64,000 nucleotides of DNA from Blastocystis sp. Blastoise. Lineage: Eukaryota > Protista > Bigyra: Opalinata. The notes below the pieces were generated by a model. That model ran no database searches, was not told the origin of the DNA, and was given only the letters and a program-made list of their open reading frames with translations. The position numbers and the translations under genes were made by a program. The stretch is taken from assembly GCA_039096225.1 (NCBI GenBank), contig JBBPEB010000029.1, forward strand, positions 248,001 to 312,000. Direction: 5' to 3'. Shown one piece after another: positions 41,308 through 52,044 of the stretch. The stretch's first letter is position 1; every line of letters starts with the position of its first letter.

Positions 41308-43791
41308 ATGGAACTTGATGATGATAATTATGAAGAACAGACTTCATTAGAAGAGAAGGATACTCGTATTAAAACACATGTAGTCCCTATTGATGTTCGT
41401 TGTATTGATAATCAATTCAATATACATTTATCGAATTCTATTGATATCACTAAAAATATCATTTCTTATATTGATCTTAATTTAATTGGTAGTGAAAGTG
41501 TGCCTCTATTTGATACTTTCACAAAAACACAAATATTCAAATATATAAATACTCAAGTCAATGGTAATGAACAAATTCAAACAATTACTTTAGATCAGAA
41601 AAATTATTCTATTCCTCAATTATTAGAACAATGTCATTTTGATATATGTGATAGGCCATTAATAAGTGAATCTTCTGATATTGATCCTTCTGTTAAAATT
41701 AAGAAAATTCCAACAATTACAATTAATAGAGATGATTTTTATTGTGAATTTCATATTGCTAATGCAAGACGTGGTTTTAATTTCCCAAAAGGAACTTATA
41801 CAGATATAGAATTTTGGTGGATCGCTGTTTGTTTGGTATCTTCTGTATGGTTAGATAACAAAAATCGACTGATGATGAAATATGATGATGATAATATAAT
41901 AATATATCGACCTCAAACAACTTCTTTTCCTATTCCTGTTAGAACAACAGGGACTTATTCATTAAAAGAATATGCAAATAATGGTGTATTTAGTAAGTTC
42001 ATTCATGATATTCCTACACAAAGTAGTGAAGGAACAATTGAATGTGTAATTAATGAAGATCATAAGTTCTATTTTCAAGATGTAACTTCTCCAAATATAA
42101 ATATGATTCTAAAAATGGAAAATAATTTATTTACTGGTTTATTTGACGATAATGGAACACTAAAATACACTAAAAATGAAGAAGAAATTGTTTTGCAAAG
42201 AATTACGAATCCAGTTAAAGATGATGATACATATAATTTCAAAACATTAATTACTGTTGAAGATGGATATAATACAATGATTATTCGACAAATAAGTGGA
42301 ATGGGTGGTCGAATGGAAACTACATACACAATGCCTCCAGGAGAATATACTGAACAAGAATTCTATGATTTATTAGAAAGTTCAATCAATGGATCTCCTG
42401 AAACATATTACTTCGAAATATCAAAAGATGCTCAAACGATGGACAATAAAGATGGATATATAATATATTTATCATGGCAAGGTTATGATTCAAGTTCATG
42501 GACATTTACAGCTACAGATATAGAACATTCATTATTTAAATATCGTGGTGCTTTGCATAATATACGACCTGATTTAGTTTATGATAAACAAGGATGTTTT
42601 GCATGGAATATATCTTATGGTAAACAAACCATGGATGTACAAGTTGATTTAAATACACTTGATTTAGATGGAAATTATAGGTGTTATACGAATAATAGTT
42701 TTATGAATTTCTCTGAAGCACAAGAATTAGGTGAAATATTAGGTTATAGTAAATTATATTATAACGATGCAAATAGTTATTATGGTATTCATAATATTGA
42801 TAGTAGTCGTCCAAAAGGAATGTTAATAGCTCAATCGAATATAGTAGATAATAGTCAGAATTCTTTATATTCATTTAATGTGAATAATTATAAAGGCAAT
42901 AATGAATTTCATGATATTATGAATATTAATGTGTCTCCTTATTTGAATACCATACAAGATATTATTATACGATATACTGATAAGAATAAACAATATGTGA
43001 ATTTCAATAATAATTGTATTTTAAGAGGATTCTTAGAATTCTCAGATACAGTCGATACGATTCAACCAAGTGAAACCATTAAGAAATTATGTTTGAATTG
43101 TCAAACAGCAGATACACAATTCTATGCTGAATATCCTACATTGAATATCCAAAATAAGATCTTGAAAGATATTATTATTCAGAATGATACTGATACGATC
43201 CAAGCAAATGCATCTAAATTATGTACTGGATATATAAATGGATCTTATTATCCTACATTTAGTTTTCCTTTATCGGATAAATATGTTACATATAGTAATA
43301 TAAATTCTCCAATTACAATTGATCATCATATCGATTTAAGATTTGATGAATTATTCAAAGGAAATATAATTTGTAATATATGTGAACCTAATGGTAGTGA
43401 TATTCGTTTCAAAGCTTATGATGAAGTGTATTGTGATTTTAGTACAAGTAAGAATTTAATTTATGAATTGAAGAAAACCAATGTCTATGGATATCAATAC
43501 TTAACTAATATACAAGTTATATCAGTGTATGGTCAATCCACTGATTACTTATATCCTATTTCATTAAGATGTTTTACTAATGAATATGAGAATAATATTC
43601 ATGTTATTGATACTACAAATCTACCTTATTACTATTCGAATGGTATTAAATATGAAGGTATATCGAATAAGATCAATAAGAATGTTTATTATTGTAATCG
43701 TAAATTATTAAAGTTATTACCTCATGATAATATGTTCTTTATTACTTGTGATTATCCTTGTGTTGTTTTATTAACTATCTCTTATATATAA
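41308..43791 (+). CDS. Large penton-like / receptor-binding structural protein with nested insertions
   Basis: 827 aa. Repeated penton-type motifs (LDQKNYSIPQL, FPKGTYTDIEF, MPPGEYTEQEF), LGEILGY, IAQSNIVD, IQDIIIRYTDKNKQYVNFN, then a beta-rich C-terminal extension. Confidence 0.55.
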   Translation: MELDDDNYEEQTSLEEKDTRIKTHVVPIDVRCIDNQFNIHLSNSIDITKNIISYIDLNLIGSESVPLFDTFTKTQIFKYINTQVNGNEQIQTITLDQKNYSIPQLLEQCHFDICDRPLISESSDIDPSVKIKKIPTITINRDDFYCEFHIANARRGFNFPKGTYTDIEFWWIAVCLVSSVWLDNKNRLMMKYDDDNIIIYRPQTTSFPIPVRTTGTYSLKEYANNGVFSKFIHDIPTQSSEGTIECVINEDHKFYFQDVTSPNINMILKMENNLFTGLFDDNGTLKYTKNEEEIVLQRITNPVKDDDTYNFKTLITVEDGYNTMIIRQISGMGGRMETTYTMPPGEYTEQEFYDLLESSINGSPETYYFEISKDAQTMDNKDGYIIYLSWQGYDSSSWTFTATDIEHSLFKYRGALHNIRPDLVYDKQGCFAWNISYGKQTMDVQVDLNTLDLDGNYRCYTNNSFMNFSEAQELGEILGYSKLYYNDANSYYGIHNIDSSRPKGMLIAQSNIVDNSQNSLYSFNVNNYKGNNEFHDIMNINVSPYLNTIQDIIIRYTDKNKQYVNFNNNCILRGFLEFSDTVDTIQPSETIKKLCLNCQTADTQFYAEYPTLNIQNKILKDIIIQNDTDTIQANASKLCTGYINGSYYPTFSFPLSDKYVTYSNINSPITIDHHIDLRFDELFKGNIICNICEPNGSDIRFKAYDEVYCDFSTSKNLIYELKKTNVYGYQYLTNIQVISVYGQSTDYLYPISLRCFTNEYENNIHVIDTTNLPYYYSNGIKYEGISNKINKNVYYCNRKLLKLLPHDNMFFITCDYPCVVLLTISYI

Positions 43792-43860
43792 ATATTTTAA
43801 GACATTTCATTTAAATTAAAAAATGTTTTGTTATATTATTCATTTAAAAATTATTAAAAA

Positions 43861-44283
43861 ATGGAGCCTAAATCTGTATCTGAATCCTTACATTCTTTAT
43901 CAAGTACAAGTTCAACAAGTTCAGATAGTTCAACAACTACCACATTATCAGAAGAAGAAATAGAAAAGAAAAATACTTTATTAGAATTTATTATAAAAGC
44001 TATAAAATGTTTATTTGAGAAATCAACTGAATTCTTTCAATTAATTGTTAAAAATATAGATATTCATTGTAATTGTTGTAATCCACAAACAAAGAAAGTC
44101 TATTATAAGACAATGAAAATACAACAAACTATTATTGAAGAAGAAGTCAAACATATATCTGAAGTCTTGAATGAATTAGAAGAAATTGATTCTAATCAAA
44201 ATGAATCAATACAAGAATTAGCTGTTCAATTAATGAAATTAAATATAAGTGTTGATTCTATTGTTCAATCTCTTCATTTATAA
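43861..44283 (+). CDS. Hypothetical viral protein (Ser/Thr-rich N-terminus, CNCC, coiled coil)
   Basis: 140-aa intact ORF followed by the TTGTTTTGTT motif. Confidence 0.55.
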   Translation: MEPKSVSESLHSLSSTSSTSSDSSTTTTLSEEEIEKKNTLLEFIIKAIKCLFEKSTEFFQLIVKNIDIHCNCCNPQTKKVYYKTMKIQQTIIEEEVKHISEVLNELEEIDSNQNESIQELAVQLMKLNISVDSIVQSLHL

Positions 44284-44350
44284 TTCTATGAAATGTTATA
44301 AAATATTAATAATAAATTTGTTTTGTTTATAAATAATTTAATTTTTAATA

Positions 44351-46147
44351 ATGCAATCAACAGGTTATTCAGATAAAGATTGTGAAGAATTCTTTACAAA
44401 TTGTATAGATCAATTATTACATTGGAAGAAAATACAATTATCAACAAGTATAAATTGGAAGAAATGGATAAAGACAATATGTAAGAAATTTCGTAATGAA
44501 GAACGAATTCAAATAGATGATATGGAAGAACCATTCTTTTGTGTAGAAGTGTTAACAGATCCATTCCAATTTCAAAATGTTATGCAACATACACAAACAG
44601 AAGCTCCTGGACAACAAGGTGGATTATCCAATACTACTGTAGCTAATTATATGCAAATGATTACTTATATAATGAAGAATATATCTATTTGTACAGATGA
44701 TGAAGATATCATTAATTATAAAGCATTTACTCCACAAAATATAAAGAAATGGGAACATTTATGGGGTTCTTTACAAATTGATGCTACTTATTCAAGACAT
44801 TATGAAATTACTCAGAAAATTATTAATTGTGAAGCTGATTGGGGAGAAATCATTAATATCACCAAAAAGAATTATTTAGAGAATCCTAATGATTTATATT
44901 ATGTGAATAGTTATTTATTAGTTTTAACTTATGATACATTATGTGCTCGTAATGATTATAATGATTGTGTAATCTATACTCGTGGTCAACAAATTCCTTT
45001 ATCGTTAAGAAGAACAACCAATTATATTGATTTAAATACTTTAACTATTCATGTGAATGATACAAAGAATCGATTTGAAATTGGTAAGAATGAATATCCT
45101 ACTTATCAATATTTATCAGAAGAATATTTGAATGTCTTAGCTAGATCTTTACGTTTATTTCCAAGACATTATTTATTTGTTACTGAGAATGGTGGTAAAG
45201 TACGTGATTTGAAATTTGGTGATGAATATATAAAACCACATTTAGGCTGGATTTATAAAACACAACAGAATAATTCTTTAATTAATGGTTGTGATATTAT
45301 AAGACATTTATTTGCTCAATATTATTATAGATTATCAAGAGAAGCACAATTCCAACATGATGATTCAGAACATGAATCTAAAGGTGTAGAACTCTTTGAA
45401 AACTCTATTATGAAGATGTTACATAGTCAATCAACACATATGGAAAATTATATATCTCCTTATTTATCTTCTCATTCAACTAAATTGCAAGATTTAGATA
45501 ATAAAACAAGAACATTTCATATTGATATGAATAATATTACTTATACAAGAGAAATTAATCAATTAAATAAATTATTATTTTTATGTAAACGATTTAATGA
45601 TCGTATAGAACAATATGAAGAAGACTATGAAGATGTATTTGGTAAAGAGAATTTCAATATGAAATCAGAATCCATATTAAGTAGTCTAGAACAATATTCA
45701 TCAGATAATGATACTATAATGATTACATTAAGATATTATAAAGATCTATTAAAGCATCATTATCCAGATAAAACAGATTTAGAAAATGAATTACCTGTAG
45801 GATGTTCATTAGAATCTGAAGAAGTTCCAGAGAATTCTAGAGATCGTTATAATCGTTTTATACGTAATAAACAATTATTACCTGATCATTTACATAATAA
45901 TACAACGGATTCAGAATTAACGAATACTCAAGCATCTCTTATGCAACAGAATACTCAAGATGAAAACTCTACACCTATAGTTATGAATAATTCAGATACT
46001 TATGCATTACGTAGTCTTTCTACTATGCCTCCTTTAGAACCTATTCATCGTGGTCATGGTTTATGTAAAAAACATAAAAGTAATGCATTCTTTAAAGTCA
46101 AAGTCCCTAAAAAACATTTTCATGGAATTCAATTTAAATTTTATTAA
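44351..46147 (+). CDS. Tyrosine recombinase 1 (long)
   Basis: Catalytic pattern CARNDY (R), VNDTK (K), DIIRHLFA (RH), MLHSQSTHMENY (H..Y at +9); C-terminal RGHGL plus basic tail. Confidence 0.7.
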   Translation: MQSTGYSDKDCEEFFTNCIDQLLHWKKIQLSTSINWKKWIKTICKKFRNEERIQIDDMEEPFFCVEVLTDPFQFQNVMQHTQTEAPGQQGGLSNTTVANYMQMITYIMKNISICTDDEDIINYKAFTPQNIKKWEHLWGSLQIDATYSRHYEITQKIINCEADWGEIINITKKNYLENPNDLYYVNSYLLVLTYDTLCARNDYNDCVIYTRGQQIPLSLRRTTNYIDLNTLTIHVNDTKNRFEIGKNEYPTYQYLSEEYLNVLARSLRLFPRHYLFVTENGGKVRDLKFGDEYIKPHLGWIYKTQQNNSLINGCDIIRHLFAQYYYRLSREAQFQHDDSEHESKGVELFENSIMKMLHSQSTHMENYISPYLSSHSTKLQDLDNKTRTFHIDMNNITYTREINQLNKLLFLCKRFNDRIEQYEEDYEDVFGKENFNMKSESILSSLEQYSSDNDTIMITLRYYKDLLKHHYPDKTDLENELPVGCSLESEEVPENSRDRYNRFIRNKQLLPDHLHNNTTDSELTNTQASLMQQNTQDENSTPIVMNNSDTYALRSLSTMPPLEPIHRGHGLCKKHKSNAFFKVKVPKKHFHGIQFKFY

Positions 46148-46191
46148 TTTTAAAACAAAACAACTTTTTATAATAAAAAATAAATATATAT

Positions 46192-46356
46192 TTAATTTGG
46201 TATAGCATATAAAGTATTATCTATTAAAATTCGTTTTGTTGATGACGTATTATGATATTGATCTTCACTATAAACAATTTCTTCTTTCTTAGATAAACAA
46301 TTGGATAAACAGAATAAATCTGTATCTACACATTCATTATAAGTATTATCAATCAT
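46192..46356 (-). CDS. Small ORF (54 aa) whose ATG overlaps the primase-helicase stop (TAATG)
   Basis: MIDNTYNECVDTDLFCLSNCLSKKEEIV..YAIPN*; the minus-strand 3' motif lies at 46154-46163, just after it. Confidence 0.45.
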   Translation of the reverse strand: MIDNTYNECVDTDLFCLSNCLSKKEEIVYSEDQYHNTSSTKRILIDNTLYAIPN

Positions 46357-49193
46357 TAAACCACAAATACCAATAGCATTCCCCCCTTATAGAAATTTGA
46401 AGTATGTTTTCTATGAATATTCACAATATCTATAGAATTAAATGTATCTTTACTACTTAAACAACCAAATAAAGCATTTGTAAATTTATCTAAATCTTTC
46501 TTAATCGTAAATTGATTATTATTATTCACTTTCTTATAACTATTAAAAATATCTTCAATAGTAACTACATTCAAATAATAAGGATCTATAGTAATATGGT
46601 TATCAACAAAAGATTTCAAATCATATCCTTCTGTACTACGATCAAAGAATCGTTTCTTACATTCACTTATATGATATTCATTATCTAATTCATGCATATC
46701 TAATTGCATACTAGAATAGAAATAATTACTTACTAGATAACTAAAGATAATAGAACGATTCTGATAGAATTTATCGGATAGGGTATAATCCATTTCATAA
46801 TGATTGGGTTTCAATCTCTTTTCTACTGTCTGTTTACGTTTAGGTAAATTATGATCTACATAATCTTCATATAAATTAGCATTACCAGGAGGGAAATAAC
46901 GACAACATGATGGTAAGAAACAAACTCTTCTTTCAATAGGACCAGCATTCACAGCAGTAGGTTGAATATTACTTGTCATAAATAAAGTACCCGTGAAATG
47001 AACTTTTGTAAATATATTACTGAATAATTTACGAGCACTAGCACCTTCTTTCTTTTCTGCTATTTCTTTAAATACTTTAGAAGAGAATGGATTAAATGTT
47101 TTCTTTCTACCAGTAACATCTTCTTCTATTAATTCATTCATATAATACATTGTTTTATTAGACATATCTACAATCTTAGGAGCTATAGATGTTTCTTCTA
47201 AATTATCTGGATTTACTATAATACATTGATTACTACCTACAATACGAGAAATTAAATCAGTTGTTATTGTTTTACCATTACTACCTGTACTACCATATAA
47301 TATATAAGAAACTGTTTTCTGAGTATTGACATAGAAAGCAGTGGTTAAGATACGTAACATAATACTTTCATATTTCTTATCGAATTCACAATATCTTGCA
47401 ATATGTTGTTCAAATAATTGGATAATATCTTTCTGTTCATTATTTATATTCCAACTTACATTAAATTCAGTATCAATTAATAAATCTTCAAACACCATAT
47501 CTTCTTTATGATATGGTTGGATATAATATTGTCTAGGATCTTCTTCTGTAGATTCTTTTGGATATAAATAACCAAGTTGTGTATAGATAACACGTTCTTT
47601 ATGAACCATATAAGTATCTAAATATTCTTTATAAGATTTACCATAAGTCTTCAAATAACGATTCAACCATTCTTTATAATGATATTCATTAGTAACAGAA
47701 GCAGACATTATTTTATCAACTATTTTTTGATGTTGTTCATTCTCTTTGGAATATAATCTTGATAATTTGAATTTCTCTACAATCGATTTCATAAATGTAG
47801 TTATTTTGGTTTCAAAGAAATTAATATCATAATTATTCTTACAACGTCTTAAGATATTATATTCATCAAATGTATATAAGATAAAATTATCTTTATCTAA
47901 TATAATGGAAACAATTTCATTAAATTCTAATAATTGAAATAACATAACTAATGTTTGTGAATCTACAAGATTAAAGGATTGAATACATTCTAAAATAGAC
48001 ATAAATATGAAATCATTATCATCATCTTTATTAAATAATTTATTATCCATTAATATCTTCAAAATATAATTATTCGATAAATGAGTAGGATCAACTTGTA
48101 TATGATTCCATGTAGATTCAATTACATCATCACTTCGATCATGACCATAACGTAATGAATAATTTTTAAATAATTCTAATCCTCTTGTTGTATTACAAAT
48201 CTGTTTTGCTGCACAACATAATTTATACCAAGTATTATGAGATTCAAAATAATTCATATCTTCAATAGAACCAATCAATAATAAATATCGTTCCAATAAA
48301 GCTTCTTTAGATGCTGTAGTATCCAATATAGTATCTGTAGAAATCAACATAGGAATATCTTTAATATCTTGTATAGAACATAATATAGTACGTGAACAAT
48401 TATTTAATCTTGCATAATAACGTTTATAACGTGAATATTGTTTTAATTTATAAAAGATAATAGGATTAATAATATCACTTATAATATCATCTTCATTCTT
48501 ATAATTCAATAATGTTTTGAAATAATAATGTTCATCAATTTCATCATCTATTTTCTTCCATGATTTATTGGTATATTCTTCATATAATTTATAAGTAGAT
48601 GGAGAATTATCTTTACTACAACCAAGAAACATACAACCATTATTCTTTCTGGGTTTACCAATAACATTATAATCAATGAATTCTTTTATATCTAAATTAT
48701 ATGTTTTACATAAATCAACCAATTTTGTATTCAGAATCATACTATTATATAAGAAAAATAAATAATCACCATTTACAAACCAATTTGTATATATGTGAAT
48801 TCCCCATGAATAATGTATTTCATTATGAACTGTCTTCTTATTCACTTCTTTCTTTGTATACACAAGCGAAATAAATTCTTGATTATAATAATGAATACAA
48901 TGATTACACATTTCTTCTATAAATTCATGAATAAAAGAATCTGTTAGAAAAGAAAAATCATTTGATATTTGGTGATAATCTAAATCAAACCATAATCTTC
49001 TATAATTAGTTGATGTATTACAAGGAGTACAATCAATATAATGTAGTAATTCTTTTTGATGTTGGTAATTAGTAAATAGACTTTTATAAAATGGTAAAGG
49101 ATTTGGTATAATAATTTCACTATGATTATCTTTTGAGTTATCATGATTAAAGGAACCAAAAGTATAAACAAAATGAATTTGTGAATTTTCCAT
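46356..49193 (-). CDS. AEP primase-PriCT-2-SF3 (D5-like) helicase
   Basis: RLWFDLD and WGIHIY (AEP motifs), HNTWYKLCCAAK..LFKNYS..TWNHI (PriCT-2), Walker A YGSTGSNGKT, Walker B YYMNE, LFMTSN, ERRVCFLP. First ATG at 49193. Confidence 0.9.
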   Translation of the reverse strand: MENSQIHFVYTFGSFNHDNSKDNHSEIIIPNPLPFYKSLFTNYQHQKELLHYIDCTPCNTSTNYRRLWFDLDYHQISNDFSFLTDSFIHEFIEEMCNHCIHYYNQEFISLVYTKKEVNKKTVHNEIHYSWGIHIYTNWFVNGDYLFFLYNSMILNTKLVDLCKTYNLDIKEFIDYNVIGKPRKNNGCMFLGCSKDNSPSTYKLYEEYTNKSWKKIDDEIDEHYYFKTLLNYKNEDDIISDIINPIIFYKLKQYSRYKRYYARLNNCSRTILCSIQDIKDIPMLISTDTILDTTASKEALLERYLLLIGSIEDMNYFESHNTWYKLCCAAKQICNTTRGLELFKNYSLRYGHDRSDDVIESTWNHIQVDPTHLSNNYILKILMDNKLFNKDDDNDFIFMSILECIQSFNLVDSQTLVMLFQLLEFNEIVSIILDKDNFILYTFDEYNILRRCKNNYDINFFETKITTFMKSIVEKFKLSRLYSKENEQHQKIVDKIMSASVTNEYHYKEWLNRYLKTYGKSYKEYLDTYMVHKERVIYTQLGYLYPKESTEEDPRQYYIQPYHKEDMVFEDLLIDTEFNVSWNINNEQKDIIQLFEQHIARYCEFDKKYESIMLRILTTAFYVNTQKTVSYILYGSTGSNGKTITTDLISRIVGSNQCIIVNPDNLEETSIAPKIVDMSNKTMYYMNELIEEDVTGRKKTFNPFSSKVFKEIAEKKEGASARKLFSNIFTKVHFTGTLFMTSNIQPTAVNAGPIERRVCFLPSCCRYFPPGNANLYEDYVDHNLPKRKQTVEKRLKPNHYEMDYTLSDKFYQNRSIIFSYLVSNYFYSSMQLDMHELDNEYHISECKKRFFDRSTEGYDLKSFVDNHITIDPYYLNVVTIEDIFNSYKKVNNNNQFTIKKDLDKFTNALFGCLSSKDTFNSIDIVNIHRKHTSNFYKGGMLLVFVV

Positions 49194-49279
49194 GATTATT
49201 TGACTTATAAATAATGAAAATAAATATGGTATAAAATTCAAAACAAATAATATATTAAAGATTCTAGAAGTCAGTTTTA

Positions 49280-49399
49280 GAAGCTTCTAGAACATTCTAG
49301 AACATTCAGGAACATTCTATAATAGTAAATATTACTTTATATTTTTAAATGTTCTAGAACCTTCGAGAACCTTCTAGAACCTTCTAGAACCTTCTAGAA
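49280..49399. promoter_or_regulatory. Two heat-shock-element-like arrays upstream of the primase-helicase
   Basis: GAAgcTTCtaGAAcaTTCtaGAAcaTTCagGAAcaTTC (49280-49317) and TTCtaGAAccTTCgaGAAccTTCtaGAAccTTCtaGAAccTTCtaGAA (49352-49399). Confidence 0.65.
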
Positions 49400-49508
49400 C
49401 ATCATTTTTATACTTTAGTGTTTTAAATATATATACAATAAACAAAACAATTTTCAATGATTTTTACAAGTTTATAAGTAAAAATAGAAAAATAAACAAG
49501 AAAAATAA

Positions 49509-50132
49509 TTAAATTTCAATTGGTTCTTGACTATTAATATATGTACATGAATGAGGCCATCCATTTTTATCATATAAAATACCATCCCAGAAATACATTT
49601 GTTTTGAAGGATCTCTTTTAATCTTGTTAATACTCTTAGCATGAACAACTTCATAAGTATAAACTTTACCTTTTTCATCATAAAGGAATCCATCTTCCAT
49701 ATGGAATTTCATAATATCAAAATCATCATCTTTAGAATTCGAATGTTCTTTAGAATCTTCAGAACATAAAATAGTAGTTCTATCACTTTCTAAAAGATCT
49801 TCAGTATTGATAATATCTTGAATATCTTGTTCTTCATTAAGTTGTTGAGTATAAATATCAGCAGCGAATTCTTCATAATCTTCAAGACCTTTAATAACCG
49901 CGTTTATACGTTTTAAAGCTGATCTATAGTTTTCGACTTCGAAAGAAGCAAGACGTTCTTTAGATTTTGCAATACCCAATAGATTCTTTTCTCTATTCAA
50001 TTGAGACTGATGTAAATCAATATCACGAAGAACATTCTTATGAACTTCAACAGCCTTCTTAGAATTCTTAAGAAGTTCCATACGAACAGTTTGAAGACAT
50101 TTACGGGAATCAGCAGAAAGATTAAATTGCAT
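49509..50132 (-). CDS. Hypothetical coiled-coil viral protein
   Basis: ATG at 50132, heptad-rich N-terminal half, duplicated DG(F/I)LYD(E/K)(K/N)G motif; HSE-like element at 50244-50261 upstream. Confidence 0.6.
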   Translation of the reverse strand: MQFNLSADSRKCLQTVRMELLKNSKKAVEVHKNVLRDIDLHQSQLNREKNLLGIAKSKERLASFEVENYRSALKRINAVIKGLEDYEEFAADIYTQQLNEEQDIQDIINTEDLLESDRTTILCSEDSKEHSNSKDDDFDIMKFHMEDGFLYDEKGKVYTYEVVHAKSINKIKRDPSKQMYFWDGILYDKNGWPHSCTYINSQEPIEI

Positions 50133-50530
50133 TATAATCGCGAATATCGTTACAGAGAGAAAATTTGTATTTATCAAAATGAAATAAATAATACATTTAA
50201 ATGGAATATTAAATATTCTAGGAGACAGTGTAGAATCTCTATGGAATGTTCTAGAAGGTTCATTTGATTGGCTAATTTTGTCGACTTAGCATTTTTTATT
50301 TGTGTTTCAATGACGAGTATAGTTGGCATCTGTAATCTGATTGGATAAAAAAATTAGTAAAACACAATTAGACGATGACGACGACTTGTCATACAAAATA
50401 AGCTATTCTATTGGTTTATTTTCCAGCTGGAAGCAATAGGCTTTTGTTAGCAACTGAAATGAAGAACTGTACACTAAAAATAGTATATTTAATATATTGT
50501 ATAAAAATACTTTTGAAGGTTTAAATAATC

Positions 50531-51058
50531 ATGGAAATTCCTGATAGTCTTTCTGCCAGTTTATCCCCTTTCGGTCAAGCCATGATATCCCCCTTGTTGA
50601 ATCCATTTGAAAATAGTGTTTCTGAAAATCCTATGGCTTTACCCAATGATAATGATTTCTGTTTTAATTCGCGTGACGAAATCATATTTGAAGATCCACC
50701 TCAAGAAATTCATCCAATCAATGATGTTTATGTATCTAAAAATCCAGATAGATATCATTCGGTTAACAATCAACCAATACAATTTCAAGATCAAGTAAAT
50801 ACAAATCCTAATAAGCAAGCATTATTATTTACAAATGAGGAGTTAACAAATATATCCAGTCAATTCGAATCTTTATTTCAAACTATTGAAACAGCTGATA
50901 ATATATTAAATAGTATTTATTGTACTGTTGATCATTTAAAAACAAAGATTGAAAGTCAGAAACAAGATTTGAAACAGATTCATGATGATTCTAAAGAAAT
51001 TGTTTCATTATTATCCGAATATTCTATTCCTTCTATGTCTGAAATATTTGATCATTAA
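50531..51058 (+). CDS. Hypothetical viral protein (acidic N-terminus, C-terminal coiled coil)
   Basis: 175-aa ORF followed by TTGTTTTGTT at 51081. Confidence 0.6.
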   Translation: MEIPDSLSASLSPFGQAMISPLLNPFENSVSENPMALPNDNDFCFNSRDEIIFEDPPQEIHPINDVYVSKNPDRYHSVNNQPIQFQDQVNTNPNKQALLFTNEELTNISSQFESLFQTIETADNILNSIYCTVDHLKTKIESQKQDLKQIHDDSKEIVSLLSEYSIPSMSEIFDH

Positions 51059-51144
51059 TTTATTTATTTAATTAATTATTTTGTTTTGTTTATTTTTTAA
51101 ATTAATTACACAAAGTTTAAATGGAGAATAGAATAATTTCAAAT

Positions 51145-51253
51145 AGAATTCTTGAATGGTCTAATGGATCTATTAAAGAAATATGTAACCACAGTATCAT
51201 GGTTCGATTCCGTTAAAATGTTTCCATTAGATTATTCAAGTGTTCTTTTTTTT
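51145..51253 (+). ncRNA. Putative RNA polymerase III small RNA (VA/vault-like architecture)
   Basis: A box TGGTCTAATGG 51157-51167, B box GGTTCGATTCC 51201-51211, long terminal stem with G:U pairs, T8 terminator 51246-51253. Confidence 0.65.
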
Positions 51254-51299
51254 CTAGAACCTTCTCGAACATTCTAGAACCTTCTCGAACCTTCTGGAA
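51252..51299. promoter_or_regulatory. Heat-shock-element-like array upstream of the SSB-like gene
   Basis: TTCtaGAAccTTCtcGAAcaTTCtaGAAccTTCtcGAAccTTCtgGAA (10 units). Confidence 0.65.
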
Positions 51300-51376
51300 A
51301 ATTGATTCATTTGAAAAGAATATCTAAATATATTAGTATTAAAATACTTATATTTTTACTAAATACTTAACTAAAA

Positions 51377-51970
51377 ATGTCTACAACTGAATTTAAAAAA
51401 CCTACTATTCTTGATACTTCTAACTTTAATTTACAATGGGATGACACCAAAGAAAATGCTGTTCTTTTAAATAATAATCATCGTGTATGTATTTCTACTG
51501 ATGCTACACCATGTTTATTTGGTTATATTGTTACACGTGATAAATGGACTTTATTAACAATTGAAGATGATAATCAATTATTCTTAACTGCTTATAAAGA
51601 ACTTTATCGTAAATTATGTGAATTATGTCCTGATGGTGATATTGTTAATTTTGTACGTATGGATAATGGTAAATATAAGATTACAATTAAAGTACCTATT
51701 AATGCATCGAAGAATGTTACTATTGATATTACTGATAAAAGAGATAAGAAGATTAATATCGGTAAAGATCCTAAGTTAACTTACGAAGAAATACGTGAAA
51801 AGTATATTCCACCAAATACGTTATGTAAAGTATTATTTACAATACATGGTATTCATCGTTATAATAACAAGTATTATATTGGTTTATATGCTCGTTCTAT
51901 TAAAGTCATCGATAAATCTACGAAGAATACTAATAGTAATGATACTATTATTGATTTAACTAATTTATAA
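51377..51970 (+). CDS. Probable OB-fold ssDNA-binding protein (T7 gp2.5 / NCLDV DUF2738-like)
   Basis: TPCLFGY, KYKITIKVP and IPPNTLCKVLFTIHGIHRYNNKYYIGLYARSIKV resemble the viral SSB pattern; recognised by eye only. Confidence 0.5.
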   Translation: MSTTEFKKPTILDTSNFNLQWDDTKENAVLLNNNHRVCISTDATPCLFGYIVTRDKWTLLTIEDDNQLFLTAYKELYRKLCELCPDGDIVNFVRMDNGKYKITIKVPINASKNVTIDITDKRDKKINIGKDPKLTYEEIREKYIPPNTLCKVLFTIHGIHRYNNKYYIGLYARSIKVIDKSTKNTNSNDTIIDLTNL

Positions 51971-52044
51971 ATTTTTAATGTTAAATTTATTTTTTATTAA
52001 TATATTTGTTTTGTTTATAAATAATTTTATAATTGAAATAAAAA

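Noticed and set aside
51145-51253. Canonical tRNA gene, or the overlapping 31-aa ORF at 51121-51216
   Set aside because: No acceptor or anticodon stems in tRNA geometry. The Pol III boxes, terminal stem and T-run explain the sequence better than a tiny ORF.
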